Assembly (NCBI GenBank): GCA_964016885.1
Contig: OZ024743.1
Location: forward strand, 153,140,001-153,204,000
DNA length: 64,000 nucleotides
Direction: 5' to 3'
Source: Eledone cirrhosa
Lineage: Eukaryota
Shown one piece after another: positions 49,851-62,588 of the stretch. Position 1 is the first letter of the stretch; each line of letters begins with the position of its first letter. Made by a program: the position numbers and the translations under genes. The notes under the pieces were generated by a model. It was not told the origin of the DNA. It was given only the letters and a program-made list of their open reading frames with translations, and made no database searches.

Positions 49851-50373
49851 CGTGTATGTGTGTGTGTGTGTGTTTATATATGCACACTCATATATCTATA
49901 TATGAGATCATAAATGTGATATATTGACATTTCACAGTATCCATCCATTATTCATATGCATATGTAGTGTTTATATATGCATGAATTATCTTTACAAAAT
50001 TGTGTGTATGAATATGTAACTTCCTTTTTAGGTATAATATTGTTGCAAGGCTTTATGCCCATTGAAGAAATCTACATCATTTTCAATTATATTCTTTGAT
50101 ATGTTTGCTTGTGTTAGATAGGATATCAAGCAGGTCAGATTGTGGAGCTATTTAGAGGTCTCCCTATATAACAAGCTGTACAATTATTTGGAATTTTCAA
50201 ACAAACTTTTCTTAATATTTAAATACAGAACCACCCACAAGAAAATGGTGTCATAGGAATTTACAAGACCTTCTTGTTGAAATGCCTGATTATATGTAGT
50301 AGTGGTTAGAAACTGATGCATGCTGGAGGAGAAGACTTCTGGCCAAGAGGTTAGAGATCAAAAGTTAAAGTTG

Positions 50374-51030
50374 TCTTCTTCTTCTTCTTCTTCTTCTTCT
50401 TCTTCTTCTTCTTCTTCTTCTTCTTCTTCTTCTTCTTCTTCTCCTTCTTCTTCTTCTTTGCCCACTATTCCTCAGGAAAGGAGGGAGCAACCTTTTTCAA
50501 AGGATCCAGTTGGATCCCCAAATGAGACCAGTTGAGCTCCTGTATGTTATCAAACCATCTTGCTGTGGGGTTTACACTTGGGTCTCCTGCCTATTGATTT
50601 TGTGCCCAAATCTGTCCAGTAATTCTTTCTTGAGAGATTCTAACGATATACCCGTAGTGTTGGAGCAGTGATCCTTCAATTTGGAGAAATAGCAGCACTA
50701 CATTGAGTGACTTTCTGATTTCTGAGATATGCACTCTATCAAATAATGTTACTCCAAAGATCCTTTGGAGGATCCCCATTTTGGCCACTTTTATTCGCAA
50801 TCATATTCTTTTGGTCATTACCCAAGATTCCTGACCATAAGCAAAAGTTGGCATGAATACCAAATTGAAGATAGCAAGTTTGGCATTTACACCTTCCTCC
50901 CTTCTTCTGATTACTAAATGCTGAAGCTGGCACAGTTCCTGTGATTGTTGCACTTAATTTAGCCTCCTGCTTTCTATCATCATGAACATGGCCCCAAGAT
51001 ACTTGAACTTCTCCACATGCATGTCTGTTC
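50374..51030 (-). pseudogene. decayed RTE (Expander/Rex3-like) 3' fragment ending at a (TCT)n/(AGA)n tract
   Basis: KFKYLG, YGQESWVMT, MGILQRIFGVTLFDRVHISEIRKSL; (TCT)n at 50374-50457. Confidence 0.7.
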
Positions 51031-51031
51031 C

Positions 51032-51580
51032 TGGCCATCTAGAAAAATGTGAGAGTATACATTATAAACATAACTGCTTCAAATCCTAAATTGACAATAA
51101 TAAAGTTGATATAGAGGCAGCTAGAATGTTTAGTGAATGCTGATGTTTGACACATTGAATATTATATACATGCATCTGTGAATTTCTCGTACTTTGAGTG
51201 GCACTTTTGTGTAAGTTCCACATAATATTCAATGTGTCAAACTTCAGAATTCACTACACATTCTAACTGCATCTATATCATCATTATTATTGTCAACTTA
51301 CGGATGGTGAATTGGCAGTATCGGTAGAGTGTCGGACGCCATTCTGAGTTACGGCCCTTGCCATTCTGAGTTCAAATCCCACCGAGGTTAACTTTGCCTT
51401 TCATCTTTACGGGGTCAATAAAATAAAGTACCAGTAATGTACTGGATAATTTGCTGGCCTTGTACCAATAGTAGAAACAATTATTATTGTCAACTTACGA
51501 TTTAAATCAGGAATTGAAGCAGTTAGTTATTTATATATGTATGTATATAAAGCATACTCTCACATTTCCTATATTGGCCA
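51032..51580. mobile_element. palindromic MITE-like element interrupted by a SINE
   Basis: 51091-51163 is an imperfect inverted repeat of 51221-51296; the outer arms 51032-51085 and 51508-51580 also pair. Confidence 0.65.
51303..51479 (+). mobile_element. Meta-like SINE with a ~20-bp TSD
   Basis: ATTATTATTGTCAACTTACG at 51283-51302 and 51480-51499. Confidence 0.9.
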
Positions 51581-51724
51581 GTACATAGACACACAAATGC
51601 ACACACACACTTATATGGATACATATATATATATATATGTAAAAGGTAAACAGAAATAACAGCACAATCGATACAGTATATGGAAGGAATATATTAGGTT
51701 AACGCTTGATATAGCAGGAAGAGG

Positions 51725-51757
51725 GTCTTAACGTTTCGTACGCTAGTCCTTCATCAG

Positions 51758-51760
<3 letters not shown>
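51725..51760 (-). ncRNA. minimal type I hammerhead remnant (Penelope-type)
   Basis: Minus strand CTGATGA-A-GGAC-TAGC-GTAC-GAAA-CGT-TA; palindromic AACGTT stem III; stem I not intact. Confidence 0.55.
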
Positions 51761-51801
<41 letters not shown>

Positions 51802-52012
51802 TCAAGGTGGTCCATAATTAGCTCACTAGCCTGCTGTTAAGAAATGTGAATAAAAAAGAAATCATAATGACATTGTACTGTATTTTAAAAGTAGTACATA
51901 GGCAATTCATATAAGTTTATATATTGATGCTAAATATTAGAAATGCAGTCGGTTTACAAGGCCACAATTATCATTTATTTGTAATCAGTAAGAAAATGAT
52001 GGCTAACTCTGT

Positions 52013-54470
52013 ATCATCATCATCATCATTTTACGTCCGCTTTTCCCTGCTTGCAAGGGTGGGACAGATCTTATTCAGCACAGCATCTCTCCACTTGTCA
52101 CGGTCCTTTGTCATCTCCACCGTGAGCTTCAGCGATCTAAGGTCTGTTCTCACCACCTCTGCCCATGTTTTTCATAGTCTACCTCTACCACGTGTTTCTT
52201 CAACTGTCATTTCCTGGCACTTCTTCACCCATCGGTCATCCTCCATGCGCATCACATCTCCATACCACCGCAGTCTCCTCTCTCACACACTACATTATAT
52301 CCCTCACAGACACAGTTTCTCTCTCAACACATCCATGCTGCGTCGTTCACGCACATTGACATTGCACATCCAATGGAGCATGCTTGCCTCATTTCTCTCC
52401 AGCCGTCGCATATCCTCTGCAGTTGCTGCCCATGTCTCACTACCATGCAGCATCGCGCACCTCACGGAGGCATCATATAACTGGCCTTTCGTACGCAGGG
52501 AGAAACCCTTCTTCGTCAGCAGAGGAAGCAGCTCCCTAAACTTCTTCCAACTCGTCCTTATTCTAGATACTATGGCCTCGGACCCCCCCCCCCCCACATG
52601 CTAATCTGATCACCTAGGTACCGGAAGCTATCAACCACTTCTATAGAACCTACCTGCCTTTCAAAAATGTGTCTACCAATGAGAATTCTACTGTTAAATT
52701 TCCCTGTACGTCTACAGCATACGTATTTTTCCCTACCGGATAGTATGCCTGCTATCCCGCTACATCTCTTATGTACCCAAGATCTGCATTGTGTACATTT
52801 TATAGAACTTATGCCAGTTCCTTTTTTGCATATCGAACATGGCCATTTCCTGACGGAATCAGAGTTTTGTTCTCTTTTCTACTGATCAACACTTTTGTCT
52901 TAGCTAAATTCACTCTCAGTCCTCTTAATTCCAACTGCTGTTTCCATAGCCAGAATTTATTCTCTAGCTCCTCTACTGATTCTTCTATAAGAACCAGATC
53001 GTCAGCATAGAGAAGTTCCCATGGACAGCCAGTCTTAAACTCCTCTGTTATGGATTGGAGGACTATAATGAACAAGAGCGGGCTGAAGACCGAACCCTAC
53101 TTGTATCTGGAATTCCTCACTAAACTAATTTCTACCCTCACTTTATTGACAGCACCTCTGTACAAAGCTTGCACTGTCCTCACAAGCCATTCCTCAACAC
53201 CTTGTTTCCTCAGAGACCAACAGATGACATATCTGGGTACCCCATCAAGGGCCTTCTCTAGGTCATCAAAAGCTAAGTATAGTAGCTTATTCTTCTCTAA
53301 CAACCGCTCTTGTAGTTGTCTCACTAAGAAGAGGGCATCTGTTCTACTTTTCCCAGGCTCAAAACCAAACTGCATCTCATCTAGTTTGACCCTTTCTCTA
53401 ATTAGTTGTGCTAATATCCTTTCTGCCACTTTCATAACCTGATCCATCAGCTTTATGCCCTCTATAATTGCTTCTCTCCAGAGCATCGCCTTCATCTTTG
53501 TAACAATTTATGAGTATACTGCTGCACCTGTCTTTGGGTATGACACCGCCATATATAGCTTGATTGATGATGCGTGCAACCAGTTTAGTGCCTATGTCCT
53601 CTGATGCCTTCAGCAACTATCCCCGATGGTCCAGCAGCCTTACCATTCTTCATTTCTTTAATTGACTCTCGTACCCTATATTCGTCAATCTCACTAGCTG
53701 GTCCCTCTGTTGGGTCTACTGGGGGTAATTTCTCTCTGTCCCATTCATTCTCCACATTCATCAGTCTCTCATAGTGACATTTCCAGGCCTCCTTCTTTTG
53801 ATCATTCGTGACACTAAGTACACCGGCAGCATTCCGGACACACTTATCTCCAACAACATCCTGATTTGCACTGACACACTGCCTTGCAATGCGGAACACC
53901 GCACGTCTTTGATCTTCCCGTCGCAGAACATTGGCAAACCTCTACTCTCAGCCTTTCTGCGTGCTAAGTACACCTGATGTCTAGCTTCTCTCCTAGCGGC
54001 TGTGTATCCGTCGCTACTCCCACCATTTCCAAGCCTTCCATGCCAGTCTTTGTCTCTAATGGCCCTATCTACCGTGCTGTTCCAACACCAGGTCACTCTC
54101 TGTCTGGTTAAAGCTCTGCCCCAACCACAAGTTTCTTCAGTAGCCTGCAGTAAATTGTCACGTAAGAAATTCCAGTTATTTTCTGTCAGACAACTCTAAA
54201 TCGTCTTCTTTTTCGTCATACACGTCTTGAAGGGCTTTCCTAAATTTATATTTTAATGAAAGTCTTTTAGCTTCCAGACCTTTCTTTTCCACACCTTCCT
54301 GTATGTCTAATTCTTTCTCATGCTTACTGAGATATTACTAACGACTACCCTATGCTGTGGGGTACATGCTTCCCCAGTGTATGCCTTAGTATTTGACACC
54401 ATCTGTCTGTCTCGGTATCTAACTAGCAGGAAGTCAATCTGGCTTATGTGCTCACCATTATGGACAGACA
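52013..54470 (-). mobile_element. RTE-clade LINE, decayed and 5'-truncated
   Basis: ORFs 53585-53899 (KAAGPSG), 53097-53495 (QFGF, AFDDLEKALD), 52809-53075 (LLYADDL) and 52304-52597 (MLHGSETW); tail CGGACGTAAAAT(GAT)n. Confidence 0.92.
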
Positions 54471-54477
54471 TGTGATA

Positions 54478-55460
54478 GGCCTATAGTTGATTCGGTCTTT
54501 CATTACCAGAACTGTGGTCCCTTTTGTCAATCACTCTGGTACTTCACACGATATCAAGCAGTCATTGAACATTGTTGTCAGTTTCGGGTGGAGGGATGTT
54601 TATATTTTTAATCGAATACCCTTGCACACCATCTGGACCTGGTGATTTCCAGTTGGTTATTTTTTTGGCCTGCCCTTTAAGAGTTTCAACTGTGATACTC
54701 AAATCAGGTTGTTGGTGTGCTGGTTCACTAATTTCCTTTTTAACTGTTTCAATCCACACTGCCTGACTATTATGTTCAACATCCTGCTCCCATATTCCTC
54801 TCCAGAATGACTTAGTTTGTTCAGCCTCAGGGATCACGTTGTTGCCTCTTTCTTTCCCTTCAAGCTGACCAAACAACATCTTCTGGCTGTTGTCAAACAT
54901 GCGGTTCTGTCTATACTGACTAACTCTGTTCTCATACCGCCTAATCTTTGCCCTTTTTGTATAATGCGTTGCTTCAGTTCCTCTATGATAATATTTAGCT
55001 TTTTTCCCCTAGTTTTGTATTTTATTTTCAATCTATCTTTAGTGTATATGTTTTGTAATGTCCCATTCAGTAAGGACTCAAGCTTTCCAATGTCTTTTCT
55101 CATTTCCTTGATTTGACCATTCAGTCGTTTCTTCCACCAAGGTTCTAATCTTTCTTGGTTGTTGTTTCCTCTCGTTTTTATGACAAGTAATTTCCTCACC
55201 GCACTTGTGGTTGCTTTGAGGATATTGTTGCATTGGTTAAGGTTCCTTGCCTCATGGCATGGGATGACTTTGTTTACCTTAGCTGTTGTTTCTTTTAACT
55301 TTTTCCTGTCTTCAAATCTTAGGTTCATAGGTTTTCCACTATCGTTATTCATTTCATCTACCACTAAGTTCAGGATATCAACCAAATCTTGCCCTAGCCC
55401 GTCAGCATTCAATTCCTCAATGGCCGTATCTTTGTTCCTCAATGGCTGTATATTTGTTCC
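54478..55460 (-). pseudogene. internal fragment of an R4/Dong-like LINE (region upstream of RT)
   Basis: EPWWKKRL, IEELKQRI, FWRGIW, NWKSPGPDGVQGY; parallels 33900-34500. Confidence 0.8.
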
Positions 55461-55477
55461 AGAATTATTATTATTAT

Positions 55478-55655
55478 TGGCAGTATCGGTAGAGGGTCGG
55501 ACGCCATGCTTTCCAGCATAGTTACGTCCCTTTACGATCTGAGTTCAAATCCCGCCGAGGTTGTCTTTGCCTTTCATCCTTACGGGGTCGATAAACTAAA
55601 GTACCAGTAATGCACTGGTTAATTGCTGGCCTTGTGCCAAAAGTAGAAACACTTA
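55478..55655 (+). mobile_element. Meta-like tRNA SINE in (ATT)n
   Basis: Family match with intact A and B boxes. Confidence 0.88.
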
Positions 55656-55667
55656 TTATTATTATTA

Positions 55668-58295
55668 GCGACCTACAAAGGAAATCGTATTATCGTGAGC
55701 TCCGCAAAGGTTTGTTGTTTTCAGTTGTTTCACATTGCCAGTTATGGAAAATCTTTGTTGCTAAGTGTTTATGAGTTCACATATATTGCTTTCTGAAAAG
55801 GACAGTAAATAATAGTGGGGCCTTGAGCCCAAAATTTTAAACTTTTATAATTATCAAACAAAAACTTTCTTTGAAGAAAAACATGGACGACACCCAGCCA
55901 CACAAAGCTGACAGCCTTCCTAACAAACCAACACCTTCCACCACCACCAACACCACCATTGTAGACATTACTACGTTTGCCAACATTAAAAATATAAGCA
56001 GTGGCAATAATTTAAATTTGTCACATGCAGACATTCATTTCCCGCCATTACCAATAACTGCTGGTGTAATGCCCCCCCCCCCCCCACTACCATCACAGCG
56101 ACAACAGAAACAGCAAAAAATAATTATTATCTCGTGACATCGAAATGGATTCACCCAGAATCGACTCTCCACGCCGAAAACCACTGACACCACCAGCACC
56201 ACCACAACACCTGAAACTAAAAATAACAATAACAAAAATAACAATAACAACAACAGCAACAACAACAACATCAACAGCAGCGCAAAACAAAATGTGTCGT
56301 TTGCCAAAGCAGCCAAGAAGAGCGAAACAATCGAGGTAATTAAATGAATTAAATGAATGGTAAAAAAAGATGGGTACACCACCATCTAATAAAATGGAGC
56401 ATCGAGCCTATCCACCGTGTCATATCAGATGATAAACACAAAATCACGCCGAGTGGAACGGGCATCCTAGTCCCAGATATAAAAAGCTTTGGGACATGTG
56501 TGGGCGAAAAAAACCCACATCAGACGTGGGCAGAAATATGGAACTGTGGACGTGTTCTTTGGAACCCCACAGGAGGCCAGAGAGCACTCCATGGTCCCAT
56601 TAAGAAGTGACGAGTTCATACTCGTCCCAAGCTATTGTGGTCAGAGACTCGTGAAGATCAGGGTGACCCACGTTCCGCCGGACATCGGAATTCCCTGGCT
56701 AATGGCTGCCGTCCTCGCCGGTATCAAGGCCAACACGAAAATAATTGAGGTAACAAAAGAAAAGCAGGAGAACTGGTCCGGATCTGGGATGGAGCTCCTG
56801 ATCCAAACAGACCAAAAAAACATTGAGGTGATTCCAGAGGTGATAGACCTCAATGACGGCAGCCACCTCACCGTAATCCTTGGGGGCAGAAGGCCTAGGT
56901 GTGTCATTTGTGGAGAAGGAACCCACCTAAAGGCCTTCTGCCCTCAGGCTAAAAAGTTGAGGCCACCTCTCCTACCCACCCCAGTGACTCAACCATCAAA
57001 ACCACCAGCAGCAGAAATGGCAGCAAGAACAGAAGCAACTGTAGCAGCAACAACCCCAGCAACAGTATCAAAACCAACATCACCACCACCCACCGTGCCA
57101 GAATTAGCACCAGCGCCTCCACCATCCACCATGCCAGAACCAAAACCAACGCCTGTGGCGGATTTTCCACTCCCCGACCCATCACAACTGGAGACAGATT
57201 GTGACGTTGAGGAGGAGTGGGAAATGGTATCAGGAAAAAAGAAAAAGAAAAAAAGAACTCCAAAAATAAAAAAATCAACTTCCTTCGCCCGCCAAAAACA
57301 AAATGCAGGGGGAAACAAATAAGCAACAAACAAAAAAGTTAAGACAGCTATGCCACCACCCACACCAGCATAACTAGCCCCATTACCACAAACACCAACA
57401 CCATCACCATCATTAATCCCACAACCACCATCACCAACACCACAAAAATCACCAAAAAGCGAAACAGAAACAAACCCACAAGAAACGCAAATAAGACGAA
57501 ACAACCAAAACGATACACACTACACAGCATTAAATTTGAACAACAACCAATTATTACACTACATCCAACACAACACCAGCATCACAGAAAAGGAGTACAC
57601 AACACCCCAAAAATTCACACCACCTCCACACACACAAATCACTCGCATCACACAGAAAACGTACACAACACTAAAAGACAGGTACCGTCTGGATTTCCCG
57701 AATGTGCCAATGTGGATATGGACAAACCACATCGGGTCATCCTGATCATATCTAGATAGGTATTTTGTAGGGAAATAGATAGGACTAGGATAGGCTGTCC
57801 ACATTTCAAAATGGTCGACTACACGGATCACAAATTCGTGATCTGTGTGGTTGACTTAGATTGGCTTCATAGGTAGGGACCCGGCTACTGGAATCTAAAC
57901 GCTTCATTAACAGCGCGCAAGGCCTACAGAGCCCGGATTAGCGAACTAGTTAAGCAGGCGTTGACGGGGGCCATCGTCAATAACAATTGCTGGTTTGCTC
58001 TGAACAGATCGATTAGAATAGAGTTCATTAGGCTTAGTAAGGCTTTAGCAATAGAGAAAAATAGAGCAGAGGGAGAACTAGTTAGAAAATTAGACGAGGC
58101 GCTTAGTAAAGGCATCGCGACCAATATACTTGTGGCTAAATTGTCCTTGACCAATTCTTCAATGCAAAGCACGAAGGCTGCGTTGTCAGAGCTAGGGTGC
58201 GTGCTCTCAGACACCAGGGGATGAAAATCGTTCAATGGGCCCGAGTGGCGGAGGCGCGTCGTGGCAACAAAGCCTCGATCTGGTGTTTGGTAGAC
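55668..58295 (+). mobile_element. 5' part of a Tx1-like LINE, with a deletion across the ORF1/ORF2 junction (~57677) and 3' truncation
   Basis: 5' UTR matches 40458; ORF1 56489-57322 (CVICGEGTHLKAFC); endonuclease C-terminal remnants at 57680-58290. Confidence 0.9.
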
Positions 58296-58671
58296 TATGG
58301 CGGAGAAATGCTACCTAATCACGGCAAATAATTCAGAGTCCCGAAACTAATACGAAATAATAATTCAGAATCCCGAAAACGAATACTAATACTATATATA
58401 AGGGTGCCGCTACGATACAAAAATTATAGTACAAACTACATAAATGCTCGTACGATATATAGTATACTTGCTTGACCTCCTGCCCTTAGGATCCTGCTGT
58501 AGTTGGCACTATCAACGCACGACTGGGTTTCCTCCACTCCCTCTCCCTCTTTCTTCTACTGGCAGGTTCAGCTACCCCTTCCTTCCACAAATTGCCATGA
58601 TAGAATTATGTGTCTCAACAACAAACTTTTGACCAATCCTTGTGACAATCACTTTTACCATATATGGAATT

Positions 58672-58767
58672 ACCCCCTGAGAAGCTCGGCTATTCATATA
58701 CCAGGATAAAAATGTTCATTTAGTCCAGAATTAGCCGTCGAAACGGCTTGAGCTCAGCCGTCGGGGT
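58672..58767 (+). ncRNA. type I hammerhead ribozyme motif with an altered core
   Basis: ACCCC-CTGAGAAG-[CGGCTATTC...GAATTAGCCG]-TC-GAAA-CGGCT-TGAGCTC-AGCC-GTC^GGGGT; stems I, II and III all pair. Confidence 0.7.
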
Positions 58768-58866
58768 CCTACTCGTTCCTATATATATATATATGATATA
58801 TACATATATTTTTACATATATATACACACACATATATATATATATGATATATACATATATATATAC

Positions 58867-58931
<65 letters not shown>

Positions 58932-59234
58932 GTCTAACCCATGCTCGCATGGAAAGTGGACGTTAAACGAGGATGATGATTATATGAGTACTATAACAAA
59001 TATGATGCTAGAGAGGAATACAAGAAGAAATATAATGCAATAAATTTAACAGCCACAATATTTATTAAATATCCATAATCCAAATATAAAATGTAATATA
59101 TAAATCAAATTCAAACTAACTATAGAAGTAATGAACACAAAAATTCTCATAAAATGGAACACAAAATGCATAAACTACCACTTATAATATAGTTCAAAAA
59201 CATTAAAATAAAAATAAAAACCTACCAATAAATA

Positions 59235-59423
59235 ATTGTTTCTACTTTTGGCACAAGGCCATCAATTACCCCAGTGCAATACTGGTGCTTTATTTTATCG
59301 ATCCCGTAAGGATGAAAGGCAAAGTTAACTATGGCGGCCTTTGAACTCAGAACATAAAGAGCCGTAACTCTATGCTGCAAATTATGGTGTCTGACGCTCT
59401 AGTGATACTGCCAATTCACTGCC
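59235..59423 (-). mobile_element. Meta-like SINE with a TSD
   Basis: Family match; TACCAATAAATA at 59223-59234 and 59426-59437. Confidence 0.85.
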
Positions 59424-60014
59424 TTACCAATAAATATTGAACCATAACTATATTAATTGTTGAACAGCTACAAATGACCAATGTGACTTCTAAATTTGAT
59501 TTCAAACGTGGAAGTTTTAAAGTTCATGGCTTATCATGCATTTTACAAAGAGCAATTGTAATGCACTATACAACTCACAATAGAGCAAAACATCATTTTT
59601 AATTAGTTCATTGTTTTAACAAAATTATGTTTTACTTTTACATATGTGTTTCTTTGTCATTTTTTCTGTGAACAAATTACCAACTTGAATGAAAAGATTA
59701 AAAAGAAAGGAAAATTTCAATCAGTATTAAATTGTAATGTAATTATTGTTTTCATAATTTAAAATTACTAGTTAATTTATATTTATTGTCTAATTTATAT
59801 AAATATTAAATGTACAGTTTCTTTATGTCTAGTTTGCTAAATAATATAAACTATAACTTATGAGTTATCAAAAAGCATATCGAATAAAATGATACACCTA
59901 TATTGCCATTTGCAGTATTGGTATCAGCTTTTTATTCTCATACAGTTATTCTATTGGAATTTCAATGCCTGAAATTGGCTCTACTATCTATTCATCTATC
60001 TATCTCCCTCTCCT

Positions 60015-60101
<87 letters not shown>

Positions 60102-60149
60102 GAAAGAAGAGTAACATGGTTGGCTGTACAATAAGGGCTTTATTCACAA

Positions 60150-60260
60150 TTGCTGACAATTGTTTCGTTGATCTGGTAGGTTTAGAGCTCGCTGATCGGT
60201 TGATGTTGCGTCAATCGATCTCCAATGCTTTGTTTACAATCAGTCAATACATCAGAGCGA
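60150..60260 (-). ncRNA. decayed type I hammerhead motif with a long stem II insert
   Basis: Minus strand TCGCT-CTGATGTA-TTGACTG...CAGATCAAC-GAAA-CAATTG-TC^AGCAA; palindromic ACAATTGT stem III. Confidence 0.5.
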
Positions 60261-60414
60261 GTGGATATGAGAATAATACGCAAGGCATGGCTTTTATAGA
60301 AGAGTGGTGTTAGACCAGAACAATAACATCAGTAACAAAATATCTAGATAATGAAAACCATCCACAAGAGTTAGAGTACTCTAAGTGGATTACCTATAAC
60401 AATAACTTGTTATC

Positions 60415-60451
<37 letters not shown>

Positions 60452-61419
60452 AAAAAAAGGAGAAAGAATGACTTCACTTGTAGTTCTGAACAATTCAATT
60501 TAATTTTGTTATGAATTTACAATTTGGTTTTGTTGATCTAGTAAGTTCATTGTTAACTTCGGTGGGAGATTTTTTTAAAGATTCCTGGTTAACTTTCCTG
60601 GAGAACTTTCTTGCATTAGTCTGTGGCGATTGTCAAACTGATCTCAGGTTGTGTTGTGATGTGTGACTCTATATATAAAATATTTGGATGTGTCGGAGGG
60701 GGAGGGGGGTTAATGAGTGTGGGAGTGAAGGAGTGTTAATGAAGATTTAAAGGAATTAAAGCATATATATAGATATATATAGAGAGTAAATAGTGAATGT
60801 TAACAGCAATATAATTAATTGGGAGTGGAGGAGTTGAAGTGTGTTGGCGTGTTTAAAGAGTGTTTAGAAAAGGGTCGTAAATAAGGATAGTTTAGGAATA
60901 TTTGATAGAAATGTATGTTGTTGATATTGGTTAGGAAGGGGAGGTGGGGGGAATCATTCTAGCTCACGTATTTACTTCTCTACATGTAAACATACATACA
61001 GCCCATATACATAGACACACACACACACACACTTATATATATATATACAGAAGTAGTAACACAACAGTTAGTTCATATTTGAAAAGGGAAGTAAGGTTCT
61101 ATACAAAACAGTGGTGATAGAGAAAAGTGAAATTGGAAATAGCATGGAAATTATATTTAAGGTTCTGTTTTTCTTTTTTTCCTTTCATTCGCCAAAGTGA
61201 CATTATTGAAAAAAATGAGAGGGACAATTCTTTTAGAAAAGAGTTTTTATAATGTACATAAAGTATATAAAGTATAACTGGTTTTGATGTATTAGTAAAA
61301 TTCATCTTATCAAATGTTGAGTATTACAATTAAAAAGAATTAATGAGAATTAAAAACTAAAATTTAGAGATTTAAAATTAAGTCCTGAGGCAAGTTGTTT
61401 TTCATCTTCCTTATACATT

Positions 61420-61750
61420 CATCATCATCATCATTTTACGTCCGCTTTTCCCTGCTTGCAAGGGTGGGACGGGAACTGATTCTGGCTTGATTTCTACAGC
61501 TGCATGCCCTACCTAACACCAACGTCATTTACAGTGAGTGTTGGGTGCTTTTTTGCCGTGGCATCTCCACGGCCACTTTGCAGTGGAATGATATGGACCC
61601 CAGTCCCTATCATCTCATTTCTACAGCTGAGTAAACTGCAGCAATGTGAAATAAAGTGTCTTGCTCAAGGAAACAACACATCACCCGGTCTGAGAATTGA
61701 ACTCACAACTTTTCGATTGCAAGGCCAATGCTCTAACCACTAAGCCATGT
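61420..61750 (-). mobile_element. CORE-like tRNA SINE with an RTE tail
   Basis: Reverse complement of the 3019-3477 family; its last ~45 nt are essentially identical to the RTE 3' end at 52020-52065. Confidence 0.82.
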
Positions 61751-61984
61751 ATGTATGTATATTAAGGAAAACTCTGATATAACACCCGCAACCCTGATGC
61801 TATCCAATGATGTTGACTTGTTCTTCTTTTTGGTAAATATCAATTTGGTTAAGAGAGTGGGACTGGCTTTGTGCAGTGCCTTTGCTCACTATAAAAGCTT
61901 CACGGCACAGGCATTGCTTTATATCTGGAGATCTCTCTGCACTTGTCGTCACATGGTACCATGGGCCCAGCACTATGTGTCAAT

Positions 61985-62128
61985 AATTGTCACAAGTGTA
62001 GTGTTTGTACCAGAGTTTTCAAGTCGCTGGCTGGACTAAAAAGTCACACTCGTTCAGCGCATCGGTAGGGATTATTCTACATGGATATAAAGTAGTGGCC
62101 GTACTCGAAAACGAGTTGGCAGCCACCA
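61985..62128 (+). pseudogene. probable 3' end of an RTE-like LINE with a terminal C2H2 finger
   Basis: CSVCTRVFKSLAGLKSHTRSAH-stop, then a short UTR with a CTCG-AAAA-CGAG hairpin and (TA)n. Confidence 0.5.
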
Positions 62129-62132
62129 TATG

Positions 62133-62215
<83 letters not shown>

Positions 62216-62280
62216 CTTAGAGTTTAGACTCAATGGGATCATTTACAATCATTTCAGCTCTAGGAATCGCTTCTGAGCAG

Positions 62281-62588
62281 TATAAATTAATATTTGATGA
62301 ACATTTACATGTTTTAGTTGCAATTGACTAATAAGATCGCTAGAGTGAAAAATCTTAATTCAACAACATAAAGTCTGCCTGTACGATCTAAAAAATAATA
62401 AATCAATACTCACAGACTTATATGGGCAAAAAGCCCATATGGCTTTTTGCTCATATGAGTCTGTGAGTATTGATTTATTATTTTTTAGATCGTACAGGCA
62501 GACTTTATGTTGTTGAATTAAGATTTTTCACTCTAGCGATCTTATTAGTCAATTGCAACTAAAACATGTAAATGTTCATCAAATATTA

